A DNA stretch of 64,000 bases from Candidatus Thorarchaeota archaeon (GTDB taxonomy: Archaea; Asgardarchaeota; Thorarchaeia; Thorarchaeales; Thorarchaeaceae), in contig JBHIAE010000004.1 of the NCBI GenBank assembly GCA_046758445.1, positions 32,001 to 96,000 of the forward strand, given 5' to 3'. The notes under the pieces are model-generated. The model ran no database searches and was not told the origin of the DNA. It saw only the letters and a list, made by a program, of their open reading frames with translations. Made by a program: the position numbers and the translations under genes. Numbering within the stretch: position 1 is the stretch's first letter; the number at the start of each line of letters is the position of its first letter. This document shows positions 50,229-59,900 of this stretch, piece after piece.

Positions 50229-51014
50229 TTGACAGAAACAAATAAAGTCACTGAAATGTCGGATGAAGAGATCAAGGAAGAAGTGAGGAAGACCTACGCC
50301 AAGGTAGCACAACCCACTGCAGCCAGTTGTTGCGAACCGCGTGCAGCCGAGAGTTGCTGCGGACCTGAGATGGCTAGTGGAACTGTTAGAACCTCATATG
50401 CTGAATCACTAGGGTATTCTGTGAAGGATATGCCTGAATCGGCAGTAGAGTCCTTCGCGGGTTGCGGTAATCCCGTGGCTCTTGCCAGTCTAAAAGAGGG
50501 GGAGGTTGTCCTCGACTTGGGAAGTGGAGCAGGACTGGATATGTTTCATGCTGCACGAAAGGTGGGGAATACTGGCCGAGTAATTGGTGTGGACATGACC
50601 CCAGAGATGATTGAAAAGGCTGAGATTGGTGCTGAGCAACTGGGACTGGAGAATGTGGAGTTTCGTCTTGGAGATATAGAAGACCTGCCGGTGGATGACA
50701 GTTCAGTAGATGTCATAATCAGTAACTGTGTCATCAATTTGGCACCAGACAAGTCCAAGGTATTCAGGGAAGCTTTCAGGGTTTTGCGTCCAGGCGGACG
50801 ACTGATGGTTTCTGACATTGTGTTGGAGGCACCATTGACTGATGAGATTCGCAACGACATCGCATCCTACACAGGATGCCTTGGAGGAGCAATCAATGTC
50901 GACGATTATCTGCAGGCCATTCGAGATTCGGGCTTCGAAGATGTGGAGATCGTTCAAAGCGCCTCCTTCGGAATTGCAGCTAGTGCAAAGATTGCAGCAT
51001 ACAAGCCGAAGTAG
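50229..51014 (+). CDS. arsM: Arsenite S-adenosylmethionine methyltransferase
   Basis: N-terminal CC pairs, GCGNP, VLDLGSGAG.D, IGVDMT, ISNCVINL, GCLGGA. Start is TTG 50229 (GGTGA upstream) or ATG 50256. Confidence 0.92.
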   Translation: MTETNKVTEMSDEEIKEEVRKTYAKVAQPTAASCCEPRAAESCCGPEMASGTVRTSYAESLGYSVKDMPESAVESFAGCGNPVALASLKEGEVVLDLGSGAGLDMFHAARKVGNTGRVIGVDMTPEMIEKAEIGAEQLGLENVEFRLGDIEDLPVDDSSVDVIISNCVINLAPDKSKVFREAFRVLRPGGRLMVSDIVLEAPLTDEIRNDIASYTGCLGGAINVDDYLQAIRDSGFEDVEIVQSASFGIAASAKIAAYKPK

Positions 51015-51091
51015 ACTGTCGAGAACCGAACATCCTTTACATGTGAAGCATCTCTTGTGAGAATGTAGTGGTTCGCTAACCAGGATTCCAC

Positions 51092-52936
51092 TTGACTAGT
51101 CATCCACAGGTGAGAACAATCCGCACAGAGAGTTCTTTGGGAATCGATCGTGCGTCATCACGAGAAGACGCAAAGCGGCTGAGAGCGCTTCTTGAGCGAT
51201 TGGTACCTTCCCATGAATGGTCAGAGATTCGCAGAGAACTTGCTGAGGCACTTTCAAAGAGATTCGATCGGGGAGGTCTCGAGAGTCAGAGATTCCTGAT
51301 GAACACATTAGATGTCGAAGAGCTAGTCGGCATTGATGTTGACGTGGTAACTCTATTGAGTTCTTTTGAGGATCCTAAGGACTTTGAGGACCTCCGTCGC
51401 CTGTTCAGCCAACGGGTTGTTGAGCTGATACGAGATCAAGTGGCGAGTGGAGGGCCCACCTTACTGTTCGACCTTGACAGGATGCTCGACACGTCCGCAG
51501 CTGTGTTAATTCCTCTGATAGCAGATCAAAGACAGAATGAGATACAAAATGCAGCTGCCTACCGCCTAGGCAACATAGTTGATCTCAGAAGCCTGTGGTT
51601 CACCGGCTATGGATACAAGATTCTCTCTGCGCTGGGCGCTCATTTGGTGACAGATATAGGAGGGTTGCAGTCCGTCAAGCTGAAGCTAAAGGCGATAGGA
51701 CAGGACCTCCTTGTTAGTGATTGGGAGAAGCAAAGAGAAGAGTCATCAAGGTCCAAGATGTCAAGCGACTTTCAGCTCAGAGTACTGCGTTTGGGCATTC
51801 GTGAGCGCCAGAGGCTGCCGAATGGTCTTCTCTCATCACTGATAGCTGAATGCATTGAAGAGATGGAGTCTGGAAAGCTCTCATTATTAGCTGATGTCGT
51901 AGCATTGGACACTTCTCCATATGTGGTAGTAAGGGAGGTTCTTCAGACACGCGCGCTCGTCGAAGATGCCCAAGTTCAGATTGGGATAGGAGAGCTCATC
52001 AAGTCTGAGAAACGCCCATCGGCCCTCTTCAAGATGCTCAGGACAAAGGAGGCCATTCTGGAGAAGAGCGTAATTCAGAAAGCCATCGGGGCTGTAATCC
52101 GGACAAGTATCAATCCGCAGAGGGCCATAGAGGCCATAGCGGACGAGTCAAGTATCTGGAATAGTCTTGAGATGCAGGAGGCAATCTCGGAGGCGATCAG
52201 GTCTTCCCATAGGCCTTGGGCCTTAGTCCGTGCATTTGGTGGTGAGGGGTTGGCATGCACAAGGCCAGTCAGGAATGCGATAGCGTACGCTTTGATCTCT
52301 GTTCCTGACCCTTCCGAACTAGTCGCAGATGTTCTTAGGACACAATGCCTCCGCGAACATCGTGAACTCCTAGATGCAGTGATAGAGTGTTTGGAGTCTA
52401 GAACAAGAAAGTGGCCATTGAATAGGCTGTCTTTGGAAGCAATCCTCGCACATCTAGATTTGATACCCAAGAGAGTCGCACAGAGAGCAGTAGCCGATTT
52501 CATCAGTTCACCAAAGACTCGATATCGTGAGCTAGATGTCGTCACGATTAGTGATTCAATCACTGAAAGTGATGTCGTTCAGGCAGCAGTTGCAGACCTC
52601 ATTAGAAGAGTAAACGAGCCGCTAACCATACTTGATAAGCTCAGAGATTCAGAGGCTCTGATGATGGCCGAATCCGTCAGACTAGCTATTGAATCGAGCG
52701 TCCCGAGTGTCGTGGAAGAGCTCGGTCATAGTGAGTACCCTTGGAGAGTCATCGCCATCATCAAGGATGTCGACCAGCTGGCTTCTAGTAGTAGAATTCA
52801 GAGTGCGATAGCCCAGACAATACAGAGTTCAGACGATCCAAAGAGAATTGTTCAAGCCTTAGGCGATTCTGAGTCCCTTCTAAGTAGCCCAGAAATCGAG
52901 GAATCTATTGCTTCCCGGAAGTCTGATCTCAGGTAG
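51092..52936 (+). CDS. Hypothetical protein with about 10 C-terminal ~33-aa helical repeats
   Basis: Repeats such as IQKAIGAVIRTSINPQRAIEAIADESSIWNSLE, VQAAVADLIRRVNEPLTILDKLRDSEALMMAES, IQSAIAQTIQSSDDPKRIVQALGDSESLLSSPE. Confidence 0.75.
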   Translation: MTSHPQVRTIRTESSLGIDRASSREDAKRLRALLERLVPSHEWSEIRRELAEALSKRFDRGGLESQRFLMNTLDVEELVGIDVDVVTLLSSFEDPKDFEDLRRLFSQRVVELIRDQVASGGPTLLFDLDRMLDTSAAVLIPLIADQRQNEIQNAAAYRLGNIVDLRSLWFTGYGYKILSALGAHLVTDIGGLQSVKLKLKAIGQDLLVSDWEKQREESSRSKMSSDFQLRVLRLGIRERQRLPNGLLSSLIAECIEEMESGKLSLLADVVALDTSPYVVVREVLQTRALVEDAQVQIGIGELIKSEKRPSALFKMLRTKEAILEKSVIQKAIGAVIRTSINPQRAIEAIADESSIWNSLEMQEAISEAIRSSHRPWALVRAFGGEGLACTRPVRNAIAYALISVPDPSELVADVLRTQCLREHRELLDAVIECLESRTRKWPLNRLSLEAILAHLDLIPKRVAQRAVADFISSPKTRYRELDVVTISDSITESDVVQAAVADLIRRVNEPLTILDKLRDSEALMMAESVRLAIESSVPSVVEELGHSEYPWRVIAIIKDVDQLASSSRIQSAIAQTIQSSDDPKRIVQALGDSESLLSSPEIEESIASRKSDLR

Positions 52937-52976
52937 GTCTTGAAGCAGAAAAGTCGCAAGGGTTGAAACTGAGGGT

Positions 52977-53291
52977 CTACTCCGGGATCCACTTTGGAGT
53001 AAGTCGTGTTGCTTTGGTGTCCAGACGTATCTCATCGAGCTCTTTTGTCAGCTGAACATAACGCTCGTCACTTCGGAGCAGTTCGACCTTTCTCTTGTAG
53101 TCATCCTCATTCTCGTACTTGGAGAGGTAGTAAGTTTCTGTCGGGTCTTCCGCACTTTCCCAGAAACCAACAATGTTGACCTCGTACTTCCTGTAGATCT
53201 CTTCAAACTTCGTCCGTATCTCGTCAATCTTCTCTAGTCTGTCACGATGTTCAGGCTTTGCCTTTGAATGATAGAGCATATAGACCGACAT
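52977..53291 (-). CDS. NIPSNAP-like dimeric alpha-beta barrel protein
   Basis: 104 aa; Y..KP, IVGFW, YYL..Y, L.P pattern. Confidence 0.65.
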   Translation of the reverse strand: MSVYMLYHSKAKPEHRDRLEKIDEIRTKFEEIYRKYEVNIVGFWESAEDPTETYYLSKYENEDDYKRKVELLRSDERYVQLTKELDEIRLDTKATRLTPKWIPE

Positions 53292-53395
53292 CTCGAATCA
53301 TCGGAATAAACTATAGTTAACCATCGTATATATGCCTTCTGATAGGTTTTGAGTTTCTAGTAAAAGTCTTCGCCTTTTCCTATGTACACAGAATC

Positions 53396-55351
53396 CTATC
53401 TAAGCTGTCGAATCTCATCAAGTGCTTCTGGATTGACTAGTGAAGAGGTGTCGCCCAGGTCCTCGTCGAGATAAGCTGCTCTTATCATTCGCCTCATGAC
53501 TTTGGCATTGCGTGTCTTAGGTAGGTCCGTGACGAAGAGGATCTCTCGAGGAGCGAGAGGTTTTCCTAGCTCCTTGATTATGAGCGCATTCAGTTCTGCC
53601 TGAAGATCTTTGTTCGGTTTCACTCCGGGCCTGAGAACACAGAAGACCACTAGCTCGTTGCCCTTGACATCATGTGGAATGCCGATTGTCGCGGCCTCAA
53701 TCACGCCAGGGTGGTTCACCACGACCGATTCAGCTTCAGCAGGACCGAAGCGCTTGCCAGCCACCTTGATGATGTCATCAGAGCGTCCAAGAATGTACCA
53801 GAGACCGTCGGAGTCGACGGCTGCAAAGTCCCCGTGAACCCAGACATCCTTCCATCTTGACCAGTAGGTTTCCTCGTATCGCTGGGGATTCTTCCAGAAA
53901 CCGCGTGTCATTCCAATCCAGGGAGCTCGAATTACTAGCTCACCGACCTGATCACGGATTGGTTTTCCGTCCTCATCGAAGACATCGCCTGCGATTCCTG
54001 GACACAGACCAGAGAATGAACAAGGTTTCAGAGGCAGGATTGGGTTGCCCATCACAATTCCACCCGAAATCTCAGTGCCGCCAGAGTAGTTGATAATCGG
54101 AATCTTCCCTCCACCGACCTTTTCAAAGAGCCACATCCATGGGTCATGATTCCAAGGCTCACCAGTGGATGCGAAGAACCGAAGCGATGATAGGTCATGT
54201 TTCTGAAAGTGCTCATCCCCTTTTGGTATGAGTGCTCGGACAAAGGTGGGAGACAGTCCGAGAGTGGTGATACTGTGCCTTTCAACCATAGCCCATACTC
54301 GATCAGGCCCAGGATAGTTCGGAGCACCGTCGTAGATCATGAAGGTGGAGCCCAAAAGAAGAGCACCAAAGACAAGGAAGGGCCCCATCATCCACCCCAT
54401 GTCAGTCATCCAGAAGAGTATTTGACCAGGGTGCAAATCTGTGCCGAAGGCCATATCTTGGGCTGACTTTACAGGAAAGCCGCAGTGAGTGTGAAGAGCT
54501 CCCTTTGGCGTTCCGGTTGTACCAGAGGTGAAGATGACCATCAAGGGCTCCTCTGCGTCAGTGATTTTTGTTTCCGCTTCACTAGACTGACTCAAGACCA
54601 AGTCGTGCCACCAGTGATCACGACCCGTTTGAAGAGAAACCTCGAGATTTGCATTGTTCAACACAATCATGTGTTCAAGAGTAGGCACCTGTTCAGCGGC
54701 TTCGTCGGCAATCTCCTTGATGTTAATGGGCCTCCCTCTTCGAAAGAAGCCATCAGCTGTGAAAAGGGCCTTTGCATCCGCGTCTGCCAGTCGAGTGACG
54801 ACCGCCCAGACACCGAACCCAGAGAAGAGGGGTAGCGAAATGCCGCCGATCTTCGCGATTGCCAAAAGCGCGACGACTATCTCCGGGGTCATTGGCATGA
54901 AGATGCCAATCGCATCTCCCCTGCCTAGACCCAATTCTCTCAGTGCATTGGCTCCCTTATTCACCAGAGCATGAAGTTCGCCGTAGGTCACTGATCCGTA
55001 TTCTCCCCCCTCGCGCTCCCAGATGAAAGCGCGTTGGTCCTCCTTTGGAGTACCAATATACTTGTCCAGGCAGTTGTGCACGATGTTCATCTTTCCACCC
55101 ACACACCATTTGGGCCAAGCTATACCTTCGGCTAAATCAACCACCTCGGTGTAGGGCTCATAGAACTGAATGTCAAGGTATTCCAGTATCGACTTTGTGA
55201 ACCAAGCGACATCATCCGCGGCACGGCGAATCAGCTCGTCAAAGTCCTTGATTTGATATTTCCGCATGAAACGCGTGATATGAGCGTTCTCAACATAATC
55301 CGGTGTAGGTCGCCAGACGATGTCACCACCGAACTCGAACTTGCCGCGCAT
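53396..55351 (-). CDS. Acetate--CoA ligase-like AMP-forming acyl-CoA synthetase
   Basis: FTSGTTGTPKG, STGEPWN, YSGGTE, GD.A..D.DG, GRSDD.IKVAGKR, PKTRNAKVMRR. Confidence 0.92.
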   Translation of the reverse strand: MRGKFEFGGDIVWRPTPDYVENAHITRFMRKYQIKDFDELIRRAADDVAWFTKSILEYLDIQFYEPYTEVVDLAEGIAWPKWCVGGKMNIVHNCLDKYIGTPKEDQRAFIWEREGGEYGSVTYGELHALVNKGANALRELGLGRGDAIGIFMPMTPEIVVALLAIAKIGGISLPLFSGFGVWAVVTRLADADAKALFTADGFFRRGRPINIKEIADEAAEQVPTLEHMIVLNNANLEVSLQTGRDHWWHDLVLSQSSEAETKITDAEEPLMVIFTSGTTGTPKGALHTHCGFPVKSAQDMAFGTDLHPGQILFWMTDMGWMMGPFLVFGALLLGSTFMIYDGAPNYPGPDRVWAMVERHSITTLGLSPTFVRALIPKGDEHFQKHDLSSLRFFASTGEPWNHDPWMWLFEKVGGGKIPIINYSGGTEISGGIVMGNPILPLKPCSFSGLCPGIAGDVFDEDGKPIRDQVGELVIRAPWIGMTRGFWKNPQRYEETYWSRWKDVWVHGDFAAVDSDGLWYILGRSDDIIKVAGKRFGPAEAESVVVNHPGVIEAATIGIPHDVKGNELVVFCVLRPGVKPNKDLQAELNALIIKELGKPLAPREILFVTDLPKTRNAKVMRRMIRAAYLDEDLGDTSSLVNPEALDEIRQLR

Positions 55352-55445
55352 TCAAACCACTCCTGGTAGACTCACCAAGTTTGGCACTATTGAAGGAACG
55401 ACCTATTATACCTGAGGTTGGACCACTGAGCCAGAAAGCACTCCA

Positions 55446-56342
55446 TCAGATAATGCTACCTGGAGCCTCTCTCCGTTCTCTCATGGCTCTGAACATGGTG
55501 TCTTTCTCTTTGATGACAATCCTGTATTGTCTGAGCATTGACGATAGCGCCCTAGTAGCTAGGACCAGACGGCTCCAGGCGGCCGGAATATCATCGCCGA
55601 TGCTCTGCTGAATCATTACATCAAACCCATGAGGACCGTCGCTTGGAATCCACTGTGCGATGTCTGCCAGCGTGAACAGGTGAGCGCTAACATCTGGATA
55701 GACTCTGTCGTCAAACATCACGTATGGCCGATAGGGCTCTCTGTCAGGATGATCAGCCAATAGCCCAGAACAACTCTCCTTGGTTGCGAAGCCTAGGCCG
55801 TTGATCTCTCGAATAAATGGTCTTATCGACTTGTCTACATATTCTAGAAACTCATCAACAGATTGCGGCTCGTGGTCGGGAGCATCACGGAGTCCAAGAT
55901 GCCACTGTGTTTCGTGATGTGCCCAAACGACCTTGGGAATTGTTCCTTGATCCACCCACTTCATGTAAGGTTTGAGGAGGTCTGTCAATTGATCGAACGC
56001 AGTGAGTAGCCCAAGCCAGGCGTCAGACCTGGCCTTCTTGAGGGTGGTACCGCTGCTAGCTTTGTCGAACTCTGTGGGCCTGTAGATAGCTACATCTCCT
56101 GATTCTCTGAAGACAGGCATCCACAATGCTGAATCTGCAATGGTGAACAGGTGAGCCTCAACGCCCGGATACACCTTATGACCCAGGACAATGTGGGGCA
56201 CGTCATCGTCCTGTGCTCCGAGCCCCAGGTTTATGGTGCGGACTGATTGGCCTGCCTTAAGCATTGTATCAAGTACGTGCCTCTCTTTCACCAAAGGCAT
56301 AGGCCGCCCTCTAGGCCCGATGATAGCCGGGTCTGGTTTCAA
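55446..56342 (-). CDS. Hypothetical protein with an internal duplication and a T..SCSG motif
   Basis: VYPGVEAHLFTIAD...W.P repeated as VYPDVSAHLFTLAD...W.P; D.SIRPFIREIN.LGFATKESCSG. Confidence 0.65.
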   Translation of the reverse strand: MKPDPAIIGPRGRPMPLVKERHVLDTMLKAGQSVRTINLGLGAQDDDVPHIVLGHKVYPGVEAHLFTIADSALWMPVFRESGDVAIYRPTEFDKASSGTTLKKARSDAWLGLLTAFDQLTDLLKPYMKWVDQGTIPKVVWAHHETQWHLGLRDAPDHEPQSVDEFLEYVDKSIRPFIREINGLGFATKESCSGLLADHPDREPYRPYVMFDDRVYPDVSAHLFTLADIAQWIPSDGPHGFDVMIQQSIGDDIPAAWSRLVLATRALSSMLRQYRIVIKEKDTMFRAMRERREAPGSII

Positions 56343-56343
56343 C

Positions 56344-57186
56344 CTATACGTATGTCATCAGATAAAGCAATGCGATGACTCCAAGGAGGATGTAAATCGG
56401 ACTCACCAAGATGACTCTCTTGTCTATCAGGCGAAACTTCCAGAAGATTGCGATTCCAGCGAGGAGATACGCCAGTATCATCGCTTGCATTATCGGCTCC
56501 TGATGCACAAGCATGGACAGAAAGAGGACAATGATTGTGGCAAGAGTCAAAGTCGTTTCATGTTTGAAGCTCTGCCCTACCGTCAGATTCCGTTTGTAGC
56601 CCTTGAAGAGCACAAGATAAAGACACGAGAACCCAATTGCGAAGAGATACGGGAAGCTGAAAAGGTCGCTAGTGATGGTCCATGGAAGGAATATCTTCAA
56701 AGACTGCATGATAAGAACAAGTGGAAGACCTACGACAGTGTGCTTTAGGCGTAAGTTTTCTGAATCCTTCCTACTGGGTAGAGGGGCAGAGTACAAGAGG
56801 TTGACAAGGATCAGACCACTCACGACTCCTAAAAAGAGGAAGCCCAGAATGGTAGATACCAACAGGCCTGTGAACAGATAAAGAAGGCATATCACAACTG
56901 CTTCTGTCCGTTCTACAGATCCACTAGCCAAAGGCTTCCTCGTGATTTTCTCTGTGTCAGTCGCATCTTCTGCAGCATCAAAGAGGTCATTGAAAATATA
57001 GACTGATGAATAGGCGATGATGAATGCGACCAACCCGATCATCATAGGGGCTGTTTCGTATGATATTCGATAGAGGACCAGAAGCAAGACACCAACCGAG
57101 TAGAGTCCTAGGTTCTTTACTAGATTGTCAACTAGGTTTCTGAAGAGCAATGTCTTCTGAATCATTGTAGTAAGTCTCAAGTCCAT
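56344..57186 (-). CDS. UbiA family prenyltransferase
   Basis: YIFNDLFDAAED..D..K..RKPLASG, LLYS.P, RLK; multi-TM. Confidence 0.85.
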   Translation of the reverse strand: MDLRLTTMIQKTLLFRNLVDNLVKNLGLYSVGVLLLVLYRISYETAPMMIGLVAFIIAYSSVYIFNDLFDAAEDATDTEKITRKPLASGSVERTEAVVICLLYLFTGLLVSTILGFLFLGVVSGLILVNLLYSAPLPSRKDSENLRLKHTVVGLPLVLIMQSLKIFLPWTITSDLFSFPYLFAIGFSCLYLVLFKGYKRNLTVGQSFKHETTLTLATIIVLFLSMLVHQEPIMQAMILAYLLAGIAIFWKFRLIDKRVILVSPIYILLGVIALLYLMTYV

Positions 57187-57360
57187 TGTGTCTACCATAG
57201 ACTGGGGGAAACACATCGAAAAAGGCTGTGATTATGTCAGTGATCGACCAGTGGAACCGACTCAGTAATCTTCGCGCATTTCGTGGCTTCCGATCAGATC
57301 CATCTGGAACAACTTGCACGGGAGGGCAGAAACGCATTGTTCGTGAAGAGGGGGGTCACC

Positions 57361-57412
57361 TTAGTCAACAGGCCCACAAGAGTGTTCTCGGGTCCGAGAA
57401 GCTGTTGACTAA
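57361..57412. other. Nested inverted repeat (11-bp outer stem, 7-bp inner stem)
   Basis: TTAGTCAACAG...CTGTTGACTAA enclosing TTCTCGG-gt-CCGAGAA. Confidence 0.6.
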
Positions 57413-57485
57413 CTGAAATGCTCTCAGAGGCAGGGGTACTATGGAATATGATTGGACAGGTCATCAAGGTAGGAGGTGGTCCTAC

Positions 57486-58436
57486 TCAACTCTGTTCATA
57501 TGTAGTGTCTTGAGGCATTGACAGCTCAACAACTACTTTAGTCAAACCCACCCCTGCAAACTTCGTTTCCAGCGCCTTCATGTTGCGACGCAATGAGCGC
57601 TCATAACAGGCATGAACGACGGAGATCGGAGCAATTGCCAGAAACGGAGCCCCAACAATAGAGATAACGGGAACCAGAAGAATGATGACAGGGAATGATT
57701 CCGGAAGAGTGATGGTCTGGTACCATTCAATGGTTCCTATGGCAACGAGTAAGTAGGCAAGGATGGTAGTTATGCCTGCAAAGCCTTTCAATGGCGCAAG
57801 GTACCAGTTCCCGACTCCCTCTATGTCTGCTGTGATGCGTCTTCCGCTGATCTCTTTCTTGCAGATTGCTCCACTGTCCTCGAGAAGCCAGAGAGGGACA
57901 AACAGAAGCGTGACGCCACTGGCTATCAAGATAAGAATGAAGAATATGGGCAGACCCACTTCAATGACTCCAGCCGATTCGTCGAGGTTCCCGAAGCTCT
58001 CGTAAACGAATATGTATCTGGCTACCGACCTGATGTTCGAAACTGCCGTTGCAAGACCTAAAGCGACGAAGGCCGGAACAATGAGTCGTCTGCCTTGACT
58101 TCTCTTTGTGGCCTTTGGGTCTAGTGCTTGCACATAGTATTTGTAGTGGCCCGCTGTCAGGAATCGATGTGCCTTCCAGAAGAGAATTGACAGGCTGGGT
58201 GCCGCCACGTATGTGACCAGACCGGCAACAAAGGAGAATATATAGACCCAGACGAAATCAAACAGAATGTCACCAGGCAGGGGACGATAGAGTCCAGGAG
58301 GGTCGTAAAAGGGGAATATCCTTAGATAGCTGAGCACGACCGCACCAGCCGCCAAGAATAGGACAATTATGTTAGTGAGAACTACGAGTTTCTTAGGAAT
58401 TGCCGGTTCGATTTGATCCTCAGTCAAGACTGTCAC
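57486..58436 (-). CDS. Multi-TM membrane protein of unknown function
   Basis: About 6 hydrophobic segments; PLWLLEDSG and IEGVG.WY motifs. Confidence 0.7.
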   Translation of the reverse strand: MTVLTEDQIEPAIPKKLVVLTNIIVLFLAAGAVVLSYLRIFPFYDPPGLYRPLPGDILFDFVWVYIFSFVAGLVTYVAAPSLSILFWKAHRFLTAGHYKYYVQALDPKATKRSQGRRLIVPAFVALGLATAVSNIRSVARYIFVYESFGNLDESAGVIEVGLPIFFILILIASGVTLLFVPLWLLEDSGAICKKEISGRRITADIEGVGNWYLAPLKGFAGITTILAYLLVAIGTIEWYQTITLPESFPVIILLVPVISIVGAPFLAIAPISVVHACYERSLRRNMKALETKFAGVGLTKVVVELSMPQDTTYEQS

Positions 58437-58504
58437 ATCCTGGACATGAAGCAGTTATCTCCCAGAGCAGTACTTGATTCTTCTGCGCATTGACTCTTGC
58501 TGGT

Positions 58505-59719
58505 TCAGCCTATGTGAACGAACTCAACAGCTCCCTCTTCACAAACGACGGCGCACAAGCCACATCCATCACATTTCTCGTTATTGACGAGTGCTACTCC
58601 TTCTCTCATCTGAATTGCAACGTATCCACCATCGGCACATGCAACGACGCAATCCTTGCAGCCTGTACACTTCTCTTCAATCACCTTGGCAACAAGCGGA
58701 GGGAGCTTGCTGAGAGCCGTCCACGAGGTGATTTTTGGGAGGGCCTTGCCAATCATCGCATCCAGTGTTTCATAGCCAATGCGTTCCATGAACCCTATCA
58801 TTCCGTCAGTCATCTTGCTAATGATTGAAAAACCATGCCACATGACAGCCGTACACACTTGCAGCGTGCTGGCACCGACCATGAGATACTCCACAGCACT
58901 TCTCCAGTCCTCAATGCCTCCAATTCCAGAAATAGGTGTCTTCGGAAGTGCTTTGGCAATCTGAGATACGACTCGAAGCCCTATTGGCCGCACAGCGGGA
59001 CCACAGAGACCCCCGTAGGTGCTGAGCTGTTCATTCTGGTCCAGCCCATAGGCCACTGGGATAGGCGTAGCCGTTTCAACGTCGATGCCTATGAGTGACT
59101 CCACGGTGTTGATGGCTGACAGCCCGTCAGCACCTCCTCTCACAGCTGCCTCAGAAACAGGCACGATGTCTGTGACGTTTGGCGTTAGTTTCACAAGTAT
59201 CGGAAGGTCAGTCCCTTTCTTTGCCGCCCGCGTGACCTGCTCAACCAATGATGGGTTCTGGCCGATGAAAGCACCCATGTGTTCCTCGGGTGAACCATGA
59301 GGACACGAAACATTGAGCTCGATGGCGTCAGCTCCAGTCTGAGACATGGTTTCCGCCAGTGCGGTCCAACCCTCAGGCTCTAGCCCACTCATCATGCTGG
59401 CTACAAATATGAAGTCGTCAGGGGCCTCTCTCTTTATCTTTGGAATCCAGTCTTCAGTCCAAGTAGTCAAGGGCTCGCGAGAGAGAAGCTCGATGTTGTT
59501 CATCCCAATTGGTTTGCCGCTCCTTCGAAGAACACCCAACCGCGTTCGTGGATCAACGGTGGGTTCCTCCGTGACTGTCTTCATGACGGCCCCTCCCCAG
59601 CCGAGTCGAGCGGCTCTCAGGATGTGACGAGCGTCCATCGTAGGGGGCGCGGAGGAAAGCAAGAATGGATTCTTGAAACCAATTCCTGCGAACTCGACTG
59701 ATAAAAGGTTGTCAGACAT
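58505..59719 (-). CDS. preA: NAD-dependent dihydropyrimidine dehydrogenase, FMN/Fe-S subunit
   Basis: NPFLLSSAPPT, GWGGAVMKT, NNIELLS, ELNVSCPHG, KLTPNVTDI, AINTV, GGLCGPAVRPI, C-terminal 2[4Fe-4S] motifs. Confidence 0.9.
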   Translation of the reverse strand: MSDNLLSVEFAGIGFKNPFLLSSAPPTMDARHILRAARLGWGGAVMKTVTEEPTVDPRTRLGVLRRSGKPIGMNNIELLSREPLTTWTEDWIPKIKREAPDDFIFVASMMSGLEPEGWTALAETMSQTGADAIELNVSCPHGSPEEHMGAFIGQNPSLVEQVTRAAKKGTDLPILVKLTPNVTDIVPVSEAAVRGGADGLSAINTVESLIGIDVETATPIPVAYGLDQNEQLSTYGGLCGPAVRPIGLRVVSQIAKALPKTPISGIGGIEDWRSAVEYLMVGASTLQVCTAVMWHGFSIISKMTDGMIGFMERIGYETLDAMIGKALPKITSWTALSKLPPLVAKVIEEKCTGCKDCVVACADGGYVAIQMREGVALVNNEKCDGCGLCAVVCEEGAVEFVHIG

Positions 59720-59900
59720 GAATGATCGCTCCTCCAATCTGAGTTGATGCCACTGCCTCCCCTAAAGTCTTTGTTTATAATCGGGGCCTGTTGAAATGAA
59801 ACCAACTCACGCAGGCATGAAACCAAGATGACAAGGATATTGGATCCGAAAAGAAGGGACTTCTGGACTGGTACGGAGCTGAGTCGTCGACACACAGAAA

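Noticed and set aside
57361-57412. HEARO/omega RNA or IS200/IS605 end (GTCAAC...GTTGAC)
   Set aside because: Only the terminal hexamers resemble it, and there is no iscB, tnpB or tnpA nearby.
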